This document shows, in pieces, positions 11,910 to 25,632 of a DNA stretch of 64,000 nucleotides. Below the pieces are notes generated by a model that was not told the DNA's origin, did no database searches, and saw only the letters and a program-made list of their open reading frames with translations. Position numbers and translations under genes: made by a program. How positions within the stretch are numbered: position 1 is the stretch's first letter; each line of letters begins with the position of its first letter. Source of the DNA: Octopus vulgaris (lineage: Eukaryota); assembly GCA_951406725.2 (NCBI GenBank), contig OX597832.1, positions 60,636,001 to 60,700,000 of the forward strand, in the 5' to 3' direction.

Positions 11910-12727
11910 ATCAAATCTTGCATTTTGCATGAAAAAAAAGTTTAATGCTGGACAAGAGTAATGATATTCTTGAGAAGACTCGGAGGCAGTGGCAAAGGCT
12001 GGCAAAGCAGCCTATTCTGGGAGAATTACCAGAATGAACCGTTTCTAGAAATACCTCACCTGGAAGTATTAAGAGTTCAGGATAACCTTTACCAACTTTG
12101 GTGACACTGTCAGCCAGGCCTAGTCAAGATGCAAACAGAATGATAATGCCATTTTGTCCACACCTGTTTCCTGTCAGAGAACATTGCTGATTTGTGGAGT
12201 TAGGACAAACACCTGTTGTCACAAGATAGACATGTCCATCCTGATGATTACGGAGCTGCCTTCTTTTGGATGGAAAGAACAGTTTTTGTCCATCTGATGA
12301 CTACAGCACAAGAAACGGAATGGAATGCAGTTGGATACAATAGAAAGTAATGAATATTGATGTTTTCATTTACAGCAAAGATTTCATCAAGTTCTTCAAA
12401 CTCTTCTTGGAGAAGAGGAAAATGCTGCCCTCAATGAATTTATTCAAACATAGGTGAAAGTGGTAAATTTGATCAGAGTTTATAGGCTTAGACATGTGCT
12501 GGTAGCTCAGTGTGTGTATATGTGTGTGTCTGCATGCATGTGTTGGTGTGTAAGTTTTTTCCCTGATATATTATTCAGTTACAACAAATAGTGGATGCTG
12601 AGGCCATTTTTGCCTGTCAATGGTTGCTCTGCTGGGTTTATACTTTTAAAGACAAATGGAATAAAATTATCTCTACCTGAGAAACAGTTATGGGTTAGTA
12701 ATAGGCTATAAAAAAAGAAAAAATTCC

Positions 12728-13070
12728 TTTGTGCTTGAGGAGACCTATTGAGTCAAGTACGTCAACACCAACATCAAAATAAAAATCAAATGGAAATTGC
12801 AGTTAGGATACCAATGCCGGTGGCATGTAAAAAGCACCATCCGAACGTGGCAGATGCCAGCAACACGTAAAAAGCACCAACCGATCATGGCTGTTTGCCA
12901 GCCTCCGGTGGCACGTAAAAAACACCCACTACACTCATGGAGTGGTTGGTGTTAGAAAGGGCAACCAGCTGTAGAAATACTGGCGCAGCCTCCTGGCTTC
13001 CCAGGCCCTGGTTGAACCGTCCAACTCATGCTAGCATGGAAAACGGACGTTTAACGATGATGATGATGAT
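12728..13070 (+). mobile_element. Family C element with internal subrepeats and (GAT)n tail
   Basis: Three (G/A)CA(C/T)GTAAAAA(G)CACC subrepeats, GTGGTTGGTGTTAGAAAGGGCAACCAGCTGTAGAAA, end CATGCTAGCATGGAAAACGGACGTTTAACGATGATGAT. Confidence 0.85.
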
Positions 13071-13917
13071 AATGTACATTATTTACATTATTTATATTTG
13101 ATAAGATGTAAATAACGTAAATAATATACATTCCTCTAACCCATACTAGCTAAGAAGAAACAGACATAAAAGCCACACTTACACACGGAGAGGAAGATGG
13201 AGACAGTGAGATAAATATAATTAAGATAACTAAAGATACCAACATTATCATCACATCTCATCTCTTGATGTGCTCAGCAAAACTTGAAATATAAACGTTT
13301 CTCCACCCTTACTGACAAGGACAAATAACGAAAAACACAAGAGAGGAGAGAGGGAGAGAGAGCATGTGTGTGCGTGTGTGTGTGTATGTGTGCATGCATG
13401 TGTGTGTGTGTGTGTGTGTGTGCCAGTGTGAACAAGTGTGTGGGTGGGTGAGTGAGTGCGTCTGTGTAATATATTCAAAGAAATTGCACAAGGATGTAAA
13501 CTTGATGGCTTCCTCCCTACAAATATGCGATGCTAGCAACCATTGTACTCTGGGGATGGGTGAGATGGGGTCGGTCACATCTTTCAACGTGTATGTCTAC
13601 CCCCCCCCCACTATCTCTCTCTGTCTCTTTCTGCAGTATATTTCAACCCCAATACTGGCCTTGATAGGTAGAAAAAACAGAAAATTTTTAAAAAGAGGCA
13701 AGTAAGTGCTTAGTGAAAATGAAATTAATGAAATCTGGAACTTTAAATAATAGTCTGAGATCTCTCTCTCTCACACATGCACACAGGTCTGGATTAATCC
13801 AACTGCATGGGAACTTTGGCAAGTGTTTTCTACAATGGCCGGTGAATGGAATTCAATGAAATCTTGGTAAAGGTTTTTCATGGGCTTGTGTGTGTATGCA
13901 TATCTACATATACACAC

Positions 13918-13948
<31 letters not shown>

Positions 13949-14236
13949 TGTATGGGTGGGTGGCATGTATGCAGGTTTGTATTTTTGTGGGCTTTTGACT
14001 GGGTGTGTCTGATTTTCTCCATGTGTATGTGTAAATACACACACACACATGTATATATAAATATTTGTAATGTGAATGTGGGTGTAAACGATACATCTAC
14101 ATGTGCACACATGTACCACGTACCTCATCCCCCACAACCCCCCTCCACATATATGAGTCAGCAGAGAAAGGTAACATGAGTTGCGAATGTGAATATGCGA
14201 TGCAATTTACATTCATAAACACACGCATGCATACGT

Positions 14237-14267
<31 letters not shown>

Positions 14268-15069
14268 CATGCATGCATAGATATATAGATATGTACAGAC
14301 ATAGTGATATACACACACACACATGCATACATACATACATACATACATACATATAATCAAAGGCTTGCTAACCAACAAATGGCTGTTTTTGGTAACATAA
14401 CTAATTTGATACCTCCTCGTGATAATTCATCCGGTTTACGATATTCTCATTAATATTGAGGAGGACAGCCTTGTACTAAGGTCCAGTCAATGGACTGAAG
14501 CCATTTTGGTTTACCATCTTGGGGGTGTTTCATCAATGGCCTGCATTGATAGTCTCTGTTTACTCAATGACCAGGTTAACTTTGGGTGAAAGGAGATGCA
14601 ACTTTGCCTCTCATCAGTTTCGGTCATTCTGGGGCAACGCCTTGAAGAATTTAAAGTCAAATTAAGTGACCCTAATACTTACTTGCTTTCTTTAAGCCTT
14701 GTACTTATTATATCAGTCTCTCTTCGACAAACTGCTAAGTTATGGGGATGTAAACAAACCAGCACCAGGGACAGGTGAAATGTAGCTCCAGTCAACAGGA
14801 ATTAACTGAAGGGATATCAGCCACCCACAGTTTCCTCTTCAAGTAAAATTTGAAATAGTCAACAGGGAGTTCCGTTGAAGAGGGAAGAGTCCATCCTTAA
14901 TCTTTTCAGTCAGTTCTACCAAAAAATGGCCATATGGTGAGATATTTGTCACAATGGATTTAGCCGATAGCCAGAGCCATCCAATAAAATATTAAATTTA
15001 TTTTTGGGGTGTAACCTAGGACCTAAAAGAGAGGTGAATTTTATGTTATTCTAATATGTAAATGTAGAT

Positions 15070-15512
15070 AAGGCAATGAGCAGGCAGGATCATTAGCACA
15101 TTGGGCAGAGGGCTTAGCGGCATTTCATTCCTTATTAACCCCTTAGCATTTAAACTGACCAAATCCTGCCCAAATAATTTGTTTTATGTTCAAACTGACC
15201 AGATCTGGCCTCCTACAACTACCTACAATGTCATTGCAAAAATATACAATCACATTATTGAAATCTTGGAGTAACAAGATAATCCCGGATTAATCCAAAA
15301 CAATGTGAATAAATAAGCATTACATTTGATGGAATAGTGTGAACCCTAGAGGGTTAAGCTTTGAGTTCAAATTTTGCCAAAGTTGTCTTTGTCTTTCATC
15401 CTTCCAGGATTGATAAAATAAAGTATCAGTTGAGTAATGGGGTCGATGTAATCAATTAGCCCCCACTGATTCCCCGAAATTAATGGCTTTTTGCCAAAAT
15501 GTGAAACAAGTA
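15070..15512 (+). mobile_element. SINE family B interrupted by a piggyBac MITE
   Basis: Head at 15070-15134 resumes as TTTGAGTTCAAATT at 15360, after the insert. Confidence 0.75.
15139..15353. mobile_element. piggyBac-type MITE, family P2
   Basis: TTAA|CCCCTTAGCATTTAAAC...CTAGAGGG|TTAA. Confidence 0.85.
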
Positions 15513-15529
15513 TTTATGTTACAGTATAA

Positions 15530-15770
15530 GGCAATGACCTGGCAGAGCGTCTACCATGTTGAGCAACATGCTTTTCGACATTTTGTCTGTTTCCATGTTT
15601 TGAGTTCAAATACTGCCAAGATGAACTTTGCTTTTTCATTCTTTCAGGGTCGATAAAATAAGTACAAATTGGGTACGGGGGGGGGGGGGATATGGCGGGT
15701 AGTGATGTAATCAACTAAATTCCCACATCTGCTCCCTGATATTGATGGGCCTTGTGTCAAAGTTTGAAGC
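15530..15770 (+). mobile_element. SINE family B, diverged
   Basis: GGCAATGACCTGGCAGAG..TGAGTTCAAATAC..CTTTCAGGGTCGATAAAATAAGTAC. Confidence 0.75.
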
Positions 15771-16029
15771 CAACATTTAAATGGAGGTATGAAAATAAAA
15801 ATGGCATATGTAAAGGAATGGTCAGAGAAAGAATAGGTGGGGAGGAGGGGGTTCTGTGGGGGTGGCATCAAGACATACATACGGACACACAGTGGATTCA
15901 TACATCATAGGGCATAAAAATACCGGATCTACATACATACGCACTGGATCAACACACTGCTTCAACATGAATACACATTCACACATACACAATGTTAATA
16001 TACGACTGAGCGTTGACACATGAACACAC

Positions 16030-16330
16030 ACACACACACCACAAAAATACACACATATATACACCACAAACACATATATACACACCACAAACACACACAT
16101 ATATACACCACAAACACACACACACATATATACACCACAAACACACATATATACACCACAAATACACACACACATATATATATACCACAAACACACATAT
16201 ACACACCAAACACAAACACATATACACCAAACACACACACACATATACACCAAGCACACACACATATATACACCACAAACACACACACATATATACACCA
16301 CAAACACACATCAGACACATAAACACACAT
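16030..16330. repeat. Minisatellite (ACAC)n-ATATATACACCACAA
   Basis: More than ten 20-24 bp units with variable CA count. Confidence 0.9.
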
Positions 16331-16827
16331 ATATACCACATATACACATACACACACACAACCACTGCAACACACACATATGAGCACATACACACACACA
16401 CAACCACATTTACACACCTGAACACATTGCTACACAACGGAGGGATAAACACCAACATGTAGTCAAAAACACGTTCCAGTTAATATGCCACACTGAACAC
16501 ACACACAACAACACACCACAGACATACACACATGTACACACACGCACAACCAACGAACCAGCCAGCCAGCCAGCCAGCCAACCAGCGCACAGTACCAAAC
16601 CAAAACTAGAAAAAACAACAAAAACAGTAAAAGAAAACAAAAAGCAGAAAAACAAAACTAAAAGAGTGAATATTCTGCCGTCAACAGAAAGGGAGAAGAG
16701 CAGAATTGGGCGAGAGTATAAAATGTGAGGCTTCTCCATTGGAATGCAACATCAGTTAAATGCTGAGCTTTGCAAAGTCTGTCTCTGGTTGCAGTGTATT
16801 GTGCACATTTTGTAGTTACAATAAATT

Positions 16828-17217
<390 letters not shown>

Positions 17218-17787
17218 AGGCCTCTGTTTTAGATGAGTGCAGTGCTTGAAGAAGAGATACAGAGGAGAGAGATGGGGGAAACACAGCAAAAGATGATAAT
17301 AATTAAGAAGAGATATAAGATATAAGATCGTGTGAGTGTCTGTGAAGTATAAATACACACAGACTGAAAAACGGGCAGAAAACAAACTCAGAACCAATAT
17401 CTTCAACAATTTAGCCAAGATAGCTTTTTATCTTTATATCCACATTCTGCTTTTGCAATGGCCTTTGTCTTTAATGAAAGTGTTGTTGTTTTGTTTCGCT
17501 ACAACTATAATATTATATCACTATTATTACTACTACTACTTCTACATATATATATATATCTCCATACATGTGTATTATCTGTGTGGAGGGTGGGGGTGCT
17601 TGTATGTAGGAGAATGCATGTGCACACATGTTGTGATAGTGTGAGCATAGAGAGAGAGAGAGAGAGACCAAGGCATCCAGAGTGAGGCACCTTATATAAA
17701 ATACAGCAGCTGATGGAGGTGATGGGGGGGGGGGGAACTTCCTCATAGCACTTCCATGCATCATGTTTGTGGGTGTCTCTCTATATA

Positions 17788-17833
<46 letters not shown>

Positions 17834-17953
17834 TAAACATGCACATGTGTAGTAGCAGCAAGGAAGTATGGGAATAACAGATTCTAGTATAAAGTAACAA
17901 CGAAACCTAAGACTATAAAGCTGAAACTACTACTACTACTACTACAACTACAC

Positions 17954-18002
<49 letters not shown>

Positions 18003-19656
18003 CTACTACCCCGCACGCGCTTTCTAACCTCTTCCATCTCTCTCTTCTCTCACTCATGCATGTGAGAGTGTTTGTGGGTGGAGGAAGAGACTGAGTGTGA
18101 GTGTGTGTAAGTGAGTATGTGTAAGTGAGTGTGTGTATGTGTGTATGAGAGAGAGAGTGTGCGTATGTATTTTCTCAGACATGTGTACGCGCGTGTGTGT
18201 GTGTGCATGTGTGAGTGCATATGTGTATATATATATACTTTTGTTGTTCATAAATATACTAAGTTACGCTACTTCATATAAATAAATATATATTATAATG
18301 TATATGCATATATATAATGTATATGTATATATATGTAAAAACACACATTCACATAGATAGATAGATAGATAGACAGACAGATAGATAGACAGATAGATAG
18401 ATAGACATACATCCATACAAGCACATTATTTTACCTCTGTAATCCTGTGCTTTCATCGCTTGGTCATGTTTATATCCCTCTCTATCTAAACACACACACA
18501 CAAACAGCAGTCCACAAATTGGTAGTGCGATTACTGCTAGCATCTATTTCCAGTAATCTTAACTTGTAAAGCATCAGTTTCACAATTCCTCAAGAATTCT
18601 ACATTTACCAAGTATATGAACACACAAACGAGGAACTATTATGATGAAATGGATTCATAAACATAGAAGAACCATACACATTTAAGATACACATACATAT
18701 TTATATACACACAAGTGTGTTTGCGACTAATATATGTGTATACACAATATTTTTTGTTGCTTGTGTATGAGAAGAGAGAAGAGCTGTATGCATGTGTGTG
18801 TGTATATATATAAGTGCATGTGTGTGTATGTATACATGTATGTATATATATGTGTATATTAGAAAAAATAAGGTACTCATAAATTTGGATGTACTCAGAA
18901 ATCCAGATTTCTGAGTACCTTATTTTTCTAATATATAATACCTGTACATCACCTTCAAACCACCTAATATATGTGTTTATGTGTATATATATATACATAC
19001 ACATACACATACATACATACATACATACACACACATATACACAGATGTGCATGCATATATATATATATACAAACACACATGCATAAATATACATACACAC
19101 GCAAATGTGCATGTATACAAAAATGTGCATACATGCACACACACACACACACATATATATGGCTTGTGAAACTATTTTCATCCATATTTCCTTCTGCTAA
19201 TCCAATAGTTTTAGTTACCAATATTTTAAAATATCAATTAATACAAGTCTTAATTAATTAAATTTAATTTCTGTTGGATTTTATTGGGGATTAAAAAACA
19301 ATCAAGTTCAATAACCAATAATCAGTTGTCGTCACCAATTGCTGTTTGTTTTTTTTTTTTTTTACATTTTTACATTTTTGTTTTATTTTATTTAATATTT
19401 CATTTTTTTTTAAAACTTTAGTATTCATATTCACTCCCACCTTCCGCTTCCTCTCTACATCCCCCTTGTTCATTAAATGTGACAAAAGACACAGAACTGT
19501 GTGTATGCGTGTACATTGGTGTGTGTGTGAGAGAGAGAGAGAGAGATCATTCATATTGTGTGTGTGTGTGTATTGATTGTGGTTTAGTCCTAGTTTGAAG
19601 TTATCAACCAGCCACTTGTTACTGTGTTAGCCGCATATTTACAAATCCATCCAACC

Positions 19657-19711
<55 letters not shown>

Positions 19712-20819
19712 AAGAAGAGAGAAAGAAAGAAAGAGAGAGCATGGTTTGAAGTTAACATCCTTATCATTCCACGGGTATTCATCCATTCTGCCATGGCTGG
19801 ATGGGTTGCAGTTTATTGATGGCTTTTGTTATATCCTTTCGACATAAAAGAAACTCTGATGATGATGAGGAGGAAGACGCCGCCGACAACGAAGATGATG
19901 ATGGTGGTAGTGGTGATGATGATATCTGATTCTCCATCATGTTGCCATAGTCACACACAGTATAGGTGAGAGAGAGAGAGAGATGAATGTAGGACGCAAC
20001 ATCAACACAAGCTGATACAACATTGGCACATTGCTGAAGTGTTGTTTAGCGTAAGGTGGTGGTAAGAGCTCTGATTAAACAGAACTGTGATTAAAGTTCA
20101 CTTGTTAATGGCAAATTTTGCTGTCTTAGATACACTATGTCTAAAGGAAGAGAAAGAAGGGAGGGTCACAACTGGAACGCCTTTGATTGTAAGAAAGGGA
20201 GCATTAAGAGAAACCATGAATGTGACAGTAAGATAAAATTAAGGAGACAGACAGAGAGAGAAAAAGAGAGAAATTGACAGAAATTTGGAGGAAAATAAAA
20301 GAAAATATGTGAGAGAGAGAGAGAGTAAAGTGTATGTTTGTTGTTTAGCCCTAGGCCAATACTGATTGAGTAAACTTATGAAATGAAAGGCACTCCAGTA
20401 ATATGACCATCCCCACAGCATCTTAAAACAATGTTTTTTTTTAAAGACGACATTATCTCGACATTTTCTGCAAATGATTTGAAGAAGGACATTTTGGCTG
20501 CTATTTCCAGCATTACAGGCGACCACTAAGAGGTTTTCTCATTGGCTCGAAATAGTAGCGCATGAACACAGAGAAATGGCATTTAAACTTTCATTGTGGG
20601 GTGTGTGTGTCTGGGGAAGATAGCGGCATGTTAGCATCAATACACCAACAGAGGTCACTGGAGTAGCAGAATACGCAAGACAGCACATTAAATTATCTCA
20701 CGCATACACACAGAGTTTCACATAGACACATATACACACACAAAAAAATGTGTTTTCACTAAACAGAAATATATGCAGGAAATGTTCGTAGATGAAGATG
20801 CATGCAACACAGATGTGCT

Positions 20820-20870
20820 CATACACAAACATATGCATACAGGCACACACATACACACAAATGCATACAG

Positions 20871-20909
<39 letters not shown>

Positions 20910-21200
20910 AATGCATACAGCCACACACACATGCAAATGCATACAGGCACACACACACATATGCACACACACATACACAAATGCATACAGGCACACACAC
21001 ACACATACAAATGCACACACATACACAAATGCATACAGGCACACACACATACACAAATGCATACAGGCACACACACACACACACACACACACAAATGCAT
21101 ACAGGCACACACACACACATACATGCAAAAGCACACACACACACACACACAGACAAATGCATACAGGCACACACACACATACACATGCATACAAGCACAT
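20820..21200. repeat. Minisatellite AAATGCATACAGG(CA)n
   Basis: About nine copies of ATGCATACAG separated by variable CA runs. Confidence 0.9.
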
Positions 21201-21249
21201 ACACAGACACACACAAACGTTAATATGCACATACACACTCACATTTTAT

Positions 21250-21599
21250 GCATTTCAGCCATTTAACTGTGGCCATGCTGGGGCACCGAATGAATTGACC
21301 TCAGTACTTTGTTTCTTTTTAAAAGTCTGGTACTTTGTCTATCGATCTCCTTTGCCAAAGTGCTATGTCATGGGGATGTAAACATACCAAAGCTGCTTGT
21401 GGAGGACAAATACACACACACACATACCCGTGTATATAACGAGCTTCTTACAGTTTCCACCTACCAAATCCACTCACAAGGCTTTGGTCGGCCCAAGGCT
21501 ATATTAGAAGACACTTGGCCAAGGTGTCTCACAGTGGGACTGAGCCCAGAACCATGTGGTTTGGAAGCAAGATGCTTACCACACAGCCACGTCTGTGCC
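21250..21599 (-). mobile_element. SINE family A, full length
   Basis: CTACCAAATCCACTCACAAGGCTTTGGTCGGCCC..CAGTGGGACTGA..ACCACACAGCCAC. Confidence 0.9.
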
Positions 21600-22624
21600 T
21601 ATATATATGTATGTGTGTATGTACGTATATGTACGCATGTTTAAAGACCAATATTCACCTACACATGTAATGTAGGTTTAACCACCAGCATCTAACACAT
21701 TCACATGTATATACACCCGGTAACTACATACATACATACCACATACACACAAAAGTAAGGTTAAATACTAACGCATGCAACAGACTCACACACATACACA
21801 CACTCATTATGTAAGTTTAAATATCAATCCCTAACATACATGTACATTCAGCAGACATGCGTAGACAACACACATGGAGGGATAAATACCAACATACCCT
21901 TTAAATACTTCTTCACATGTAATACAGGTTTAAACATCAACACCCTCAAAACACACACATACACAGACCTACAGACATGTAGTGTTAGTTCAAAAAATGA
22001 CACACACACACACACACACACACATATCAGTAACAGGCTCATACACACTACGCTAAACCAATACACACACAACACACACACCTACAGCAGATTCATATAC
22101 ACACTAACGCACACAAATACACACTTTCAACAGTCTTAAACGCCTATCTATCTATGACACACACACACACACCTATGATATGTACTCATGTGTAAAAATA
22201 ATTCACAAACACACACACAAATGCTAATACATACACAACAATAGCACATGCACAACCCTACATACAGAAATGCTATGCACATACACACACACACCTCTAC
22301 AGGCAACACACACACATCTATGCCACACATACAACTACACCCACAGAAATACTAATTCATGGTAGAGACTCATTATTAGATTAATAATGAAATCTGTTTT
22401 AATACTAACACTAATAACATTGATTAACTCTCTCACACAGACATAAAACAAACCTACAGACACAGAGAGATCAAACAGGTGAGGAAGAAGAACAGAAAGG
22501 GAAGTTGTGATGTTCAATGGCTTGGCCAACACTGGAAATATCCTGACCATGTAAAAACAAGTCAAATGTCGTTGATCGGCAGAACAAATAGTGCATTTTC
22601 CAACATGCAATTCAATGCGGTATA

Positions 22625-23210
22625 GGTGGCAAGCTGGCAGAATCGTTAGCACGCCGGGCGAAATGCTTAGTAGTATTTCATCTGCCGCTACGTGCTGAGT
22701 TCAAATTCTGCCGAGGTCGACTTAGCCTTTCATCCTTTCAGGGTCGATTGAATAAATACCAGTTACACACTGGGGTCGATATAATTGACTTAATCTGTTT
22801 GTCTGTCCTTGTTTGTCTCCTCTGTGTTTAGCCCCTTGTGGGTAGTAAAGAAATGGGTATTTCGTCTGCCGTTACGTTCTGAGTTCAAATTCTGCCGAGG
22901 TCGACTTTGCCTTTCATCCTTTCGGGGTCGATTAAATAAGTACCAGTTACACACTGGGGTCGATATAATCGACTTAATCTGTTTGTCTGTCCTTGTTTGT
23001 CTCTCTGTGTTTAGCCCTTGTGGGTAGTAAAGAAATAGGTATTTGGTCTGCCTTTATGTTCTGAGTTCAAATTCCGCCGCGGTCGACTTTGCCATTCATC
23101 CTTTCGGGTCGATTAAATAAGTACCAGTTACACACTGGGGTCGATATAATCGACTTAATCCGTTTGTCTGTCCTTGTTTGTCCTCTCTGTGTTTAGCCCT
23201 TGTGGGTAGT
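22625..23210 (+). mobile_element. SINE family B with one head and three tandem ~180-bp bodies
   Basis: GTATTT..TCTGCC..GAGTTCAAATTC..TAGCCC(C)TTGTGGGTAGTA repeated at about 22672, 22857 and 23039. Confidence 0.92.
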
Positions 23211-23649
23211 ATTGGTATACAGCATAAACATGTTGTGCAAGACACTGAATTGTTGTCGCTCTCTTTCTCAGACCCTACAGCATTTTGCATGGAATTTTTT
23301 TGGAGCTCCAAACTAGTCTCCATGTATGATCGCATCCTTCTGTTTTTTTTTCTTTCAGTTTGGCTGTAAATTTGAGTGTGTAAACTTCATCTTTTATGCC
23401 AGAAGATATGTGAAAAGCACATCCGAGCGTGATCATTGCCAAGGCCACGGATTGGCTCCTGTGCCAGTGACACGTGGAAAGCACCATTTGAGCGTGGTCA
23501 TTGCCAGTGCCGCTGGACTGGCTCCGTGCAGGTAGTGTGTGTGTGTGTGTACATGTGTGTGTGTATGTATATGTTTGTGTGTGTGCATGTGTATGTGTGT
23601 GTGTTTTTGTGAGTGTGTATGTTTGTATGTGTGTATATGTGTATGTGTG

Positions 23650-23842
23650 TGTGTCCACCCACCATCACTTGACAACCGATATTGGTGTGATTACGTGTCC
23701 CATTAACTTAGCAGTTCAGCAAAAGAGACCGATAGAATAAGTACTAGGCTTACAAAGAATAACTCCTGGGATCAATTTGTTTGACTAAAGGTGGTGCTCT
23801 AGCATGGTCACAGTCAAATAAATGACTGAAACAAATAAAAGA
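23650..23842 (+). mobile_element. SINE family A, 3' half
   Basis: CTTGACAACCGAT..CAAAAGAGACCGATAGAATAAGTACTAGGCTTACAAAGAATAA..ATGACTGAAACAAATAAAAGA. Confidence 0.88.
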
Positions 23843-24525
23843 ACACATATATATATATATGTCCTTTTGTTCCTTCACAATTATTTTTTCTATAAAGCTA
23901 CAGCCAGCACTAGTGAACTAGTGTGGACCGATAGTATGTACCATATATTTACTATTTGTTGTAGGAGACTGTGTAATTGCAAAGCAGACACAGGCACTCT
24001 GTTGGACTTGTTCTTTCCTGGATGTGAGGAAGGGGAGGAAGAGAAAAGAAGATGGAAAAGAGGGGGGAAAGCAGCCACCGCAGTACTCTGGTGGCGCTAA
24101 TTTCAGCTGAGCTGATTGGAGCAATGAGAAATGAAGTTACTTGCTTAAGGTTACAACACGGTGTCCAAACCAGCAACAAGCTAACTACCAAGCCAACAAG
24201 TGTTTCTGGAACAGAGATAGACATTCAGCAAAACAGATATGTGATAAGAATGCAAAAAGATAAAAAATAAAAAGCTATGTTGCAATGTTCATGAATTCCC
24301 CCCCAATACAAACACACACACACACACACACACATAGCCATCATATTAACACCAGTGCTCAAGTGGTACTTATTTTATTGACGCCAAAAGGATGAAAGGC
24401 GGAGACGACCTCAGAACATGCAGAGCCTGAAGAGATGCTGCTAGCATTTTGTCTAAAGATTCTGCCACCTCACTCTCCTCCTCCTCCTACTACTACTACT
24501 ATTACTAATAATAATAATAATAATA

Positions 24526-24987
24526 ATCCTTTCCCCTGTAGGCACAAGGTGAAAAATTTGGGAGGAGTGTATAGTCTATTAATTACATTGACCCCCCTCC
24601 CACCAGTGCTTCACTTGTACTTAATTTATCGATCCCGGAAAGGATGAAAGGCAAAGTCGACCTCAGTGGAATTTGAACTCAGAACATGAAGGATGGACAA
24701 AATACTGCTAAGCATTACACCCGGTGTGCTAACAATTCTGCCAGCTGGCCGCCTTAACTAATAATAATAATAATCCTTTCTGCTAGAGGCGCGAGGCCTG
24801 AAATATTGGGGGAGGGGGGCAGTCAATTAGATCAACCCCAGTACGCAACTGGTACTTAATTTATCAACCCTGGAAAGATGAAAGGCAAAGTCGCTCTCGG
24901 TGGAATTTGAACACAGAATGTAAAGAGGGCCGAAATTACTGCTAAGCATTTCACCCATCATGCTAACGATTCTGCCAGCTTGCCGCC

Positions 24988-24989
<2 letters not shown>
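24526..24989 (-). mobile_element. Two head-to-tail SINE family B copies
   Basis: Units at about 24526-24754 and 24773-24989, each ending TCTGCCAGCT.GCCGCCTT on the plus strand, separated by (TAA)n. Confidence 0.9.
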
Positions 24990-25027
<38 letters not shown>

Positions 25028-25204
25028 TGATGATGATGATGATAGGCACAATGCCAGTGCTTAACTGGTACTTATTTTATGGACCGTCCCCTAAAGGATG
25101 AAAGGCAAAGTTGACCTCTGACCTCAATGTGTAGAGGACCACAAGTACATACCCAAACTATTTAGTCTGGGATGCACCAATTCCACCCAAACCATTTACT
25201 AACC

Positions 25205-25632
25205 TAGTAGTAGTAGTAGTAGTAGTACTAGTAGTAGCAGCAGCTAGTGGTGGTGGTAGTAGAAATAAAAACAGTACCACTAATCATAGTAGTAGTAATA
25301 TCAATAGTAGTAGTAATAGTAGTGGTGGTAGTGGTAGTAGCAGAGGTAGTCATAGAAGTTGTATTGGTAGTAGTAGAAGAACAAGAGGTAGTCATAGTAG
25401 TAGTATGAGTAGTAGTAGTAATAGTAGTGGTGGTGGTGGTTGTAGTAGCAGAGGTAGTCATAGAAGTTATATTCGTAGTAGTGGTAGTAGTAGTAGTAGA
25501 ACAAGAGGTAGTCATAGTAGTAGTGGTGGTGGTTGTAGTAGCAGAGGTAGTCATAGAAGTTATATCAGTAGTAATAACTGTATTAGTAGTAGTGCCACCA
25601 CCACCACCAGTAGTAGTAGCATGGCAGTAGTT
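25205..25632. repeat. (TAG/TGG)n-derived higher-order repeat
   Basis: GTAGTAGCAGAGGTAGTCATAGAAGTT occurs three times and AGAACAAGAGGTAGTCATAGTAGTAGT twice. Confidence 0.88.

Noticed and set aside
12241-12320. CTGATGA..GAAAC as hammerhead or C/D snoRNA boxes
   Set aside because: No helix II, and no terminal stem or properly placed D box.
14909-14935. 27-nt micro-exon candidate (TTTTCAG|...ATG|GTGAGA), and a similar one at 23965-24023
   Set aside because: Splice-like motifs of this quality are expected by chance in 64 kb, and no recognisable peptide results.
25228-25554. Thr-rich mucin-like ORF
   Set aside because: Antisense reading of a (TAG/TGG)n repeat.
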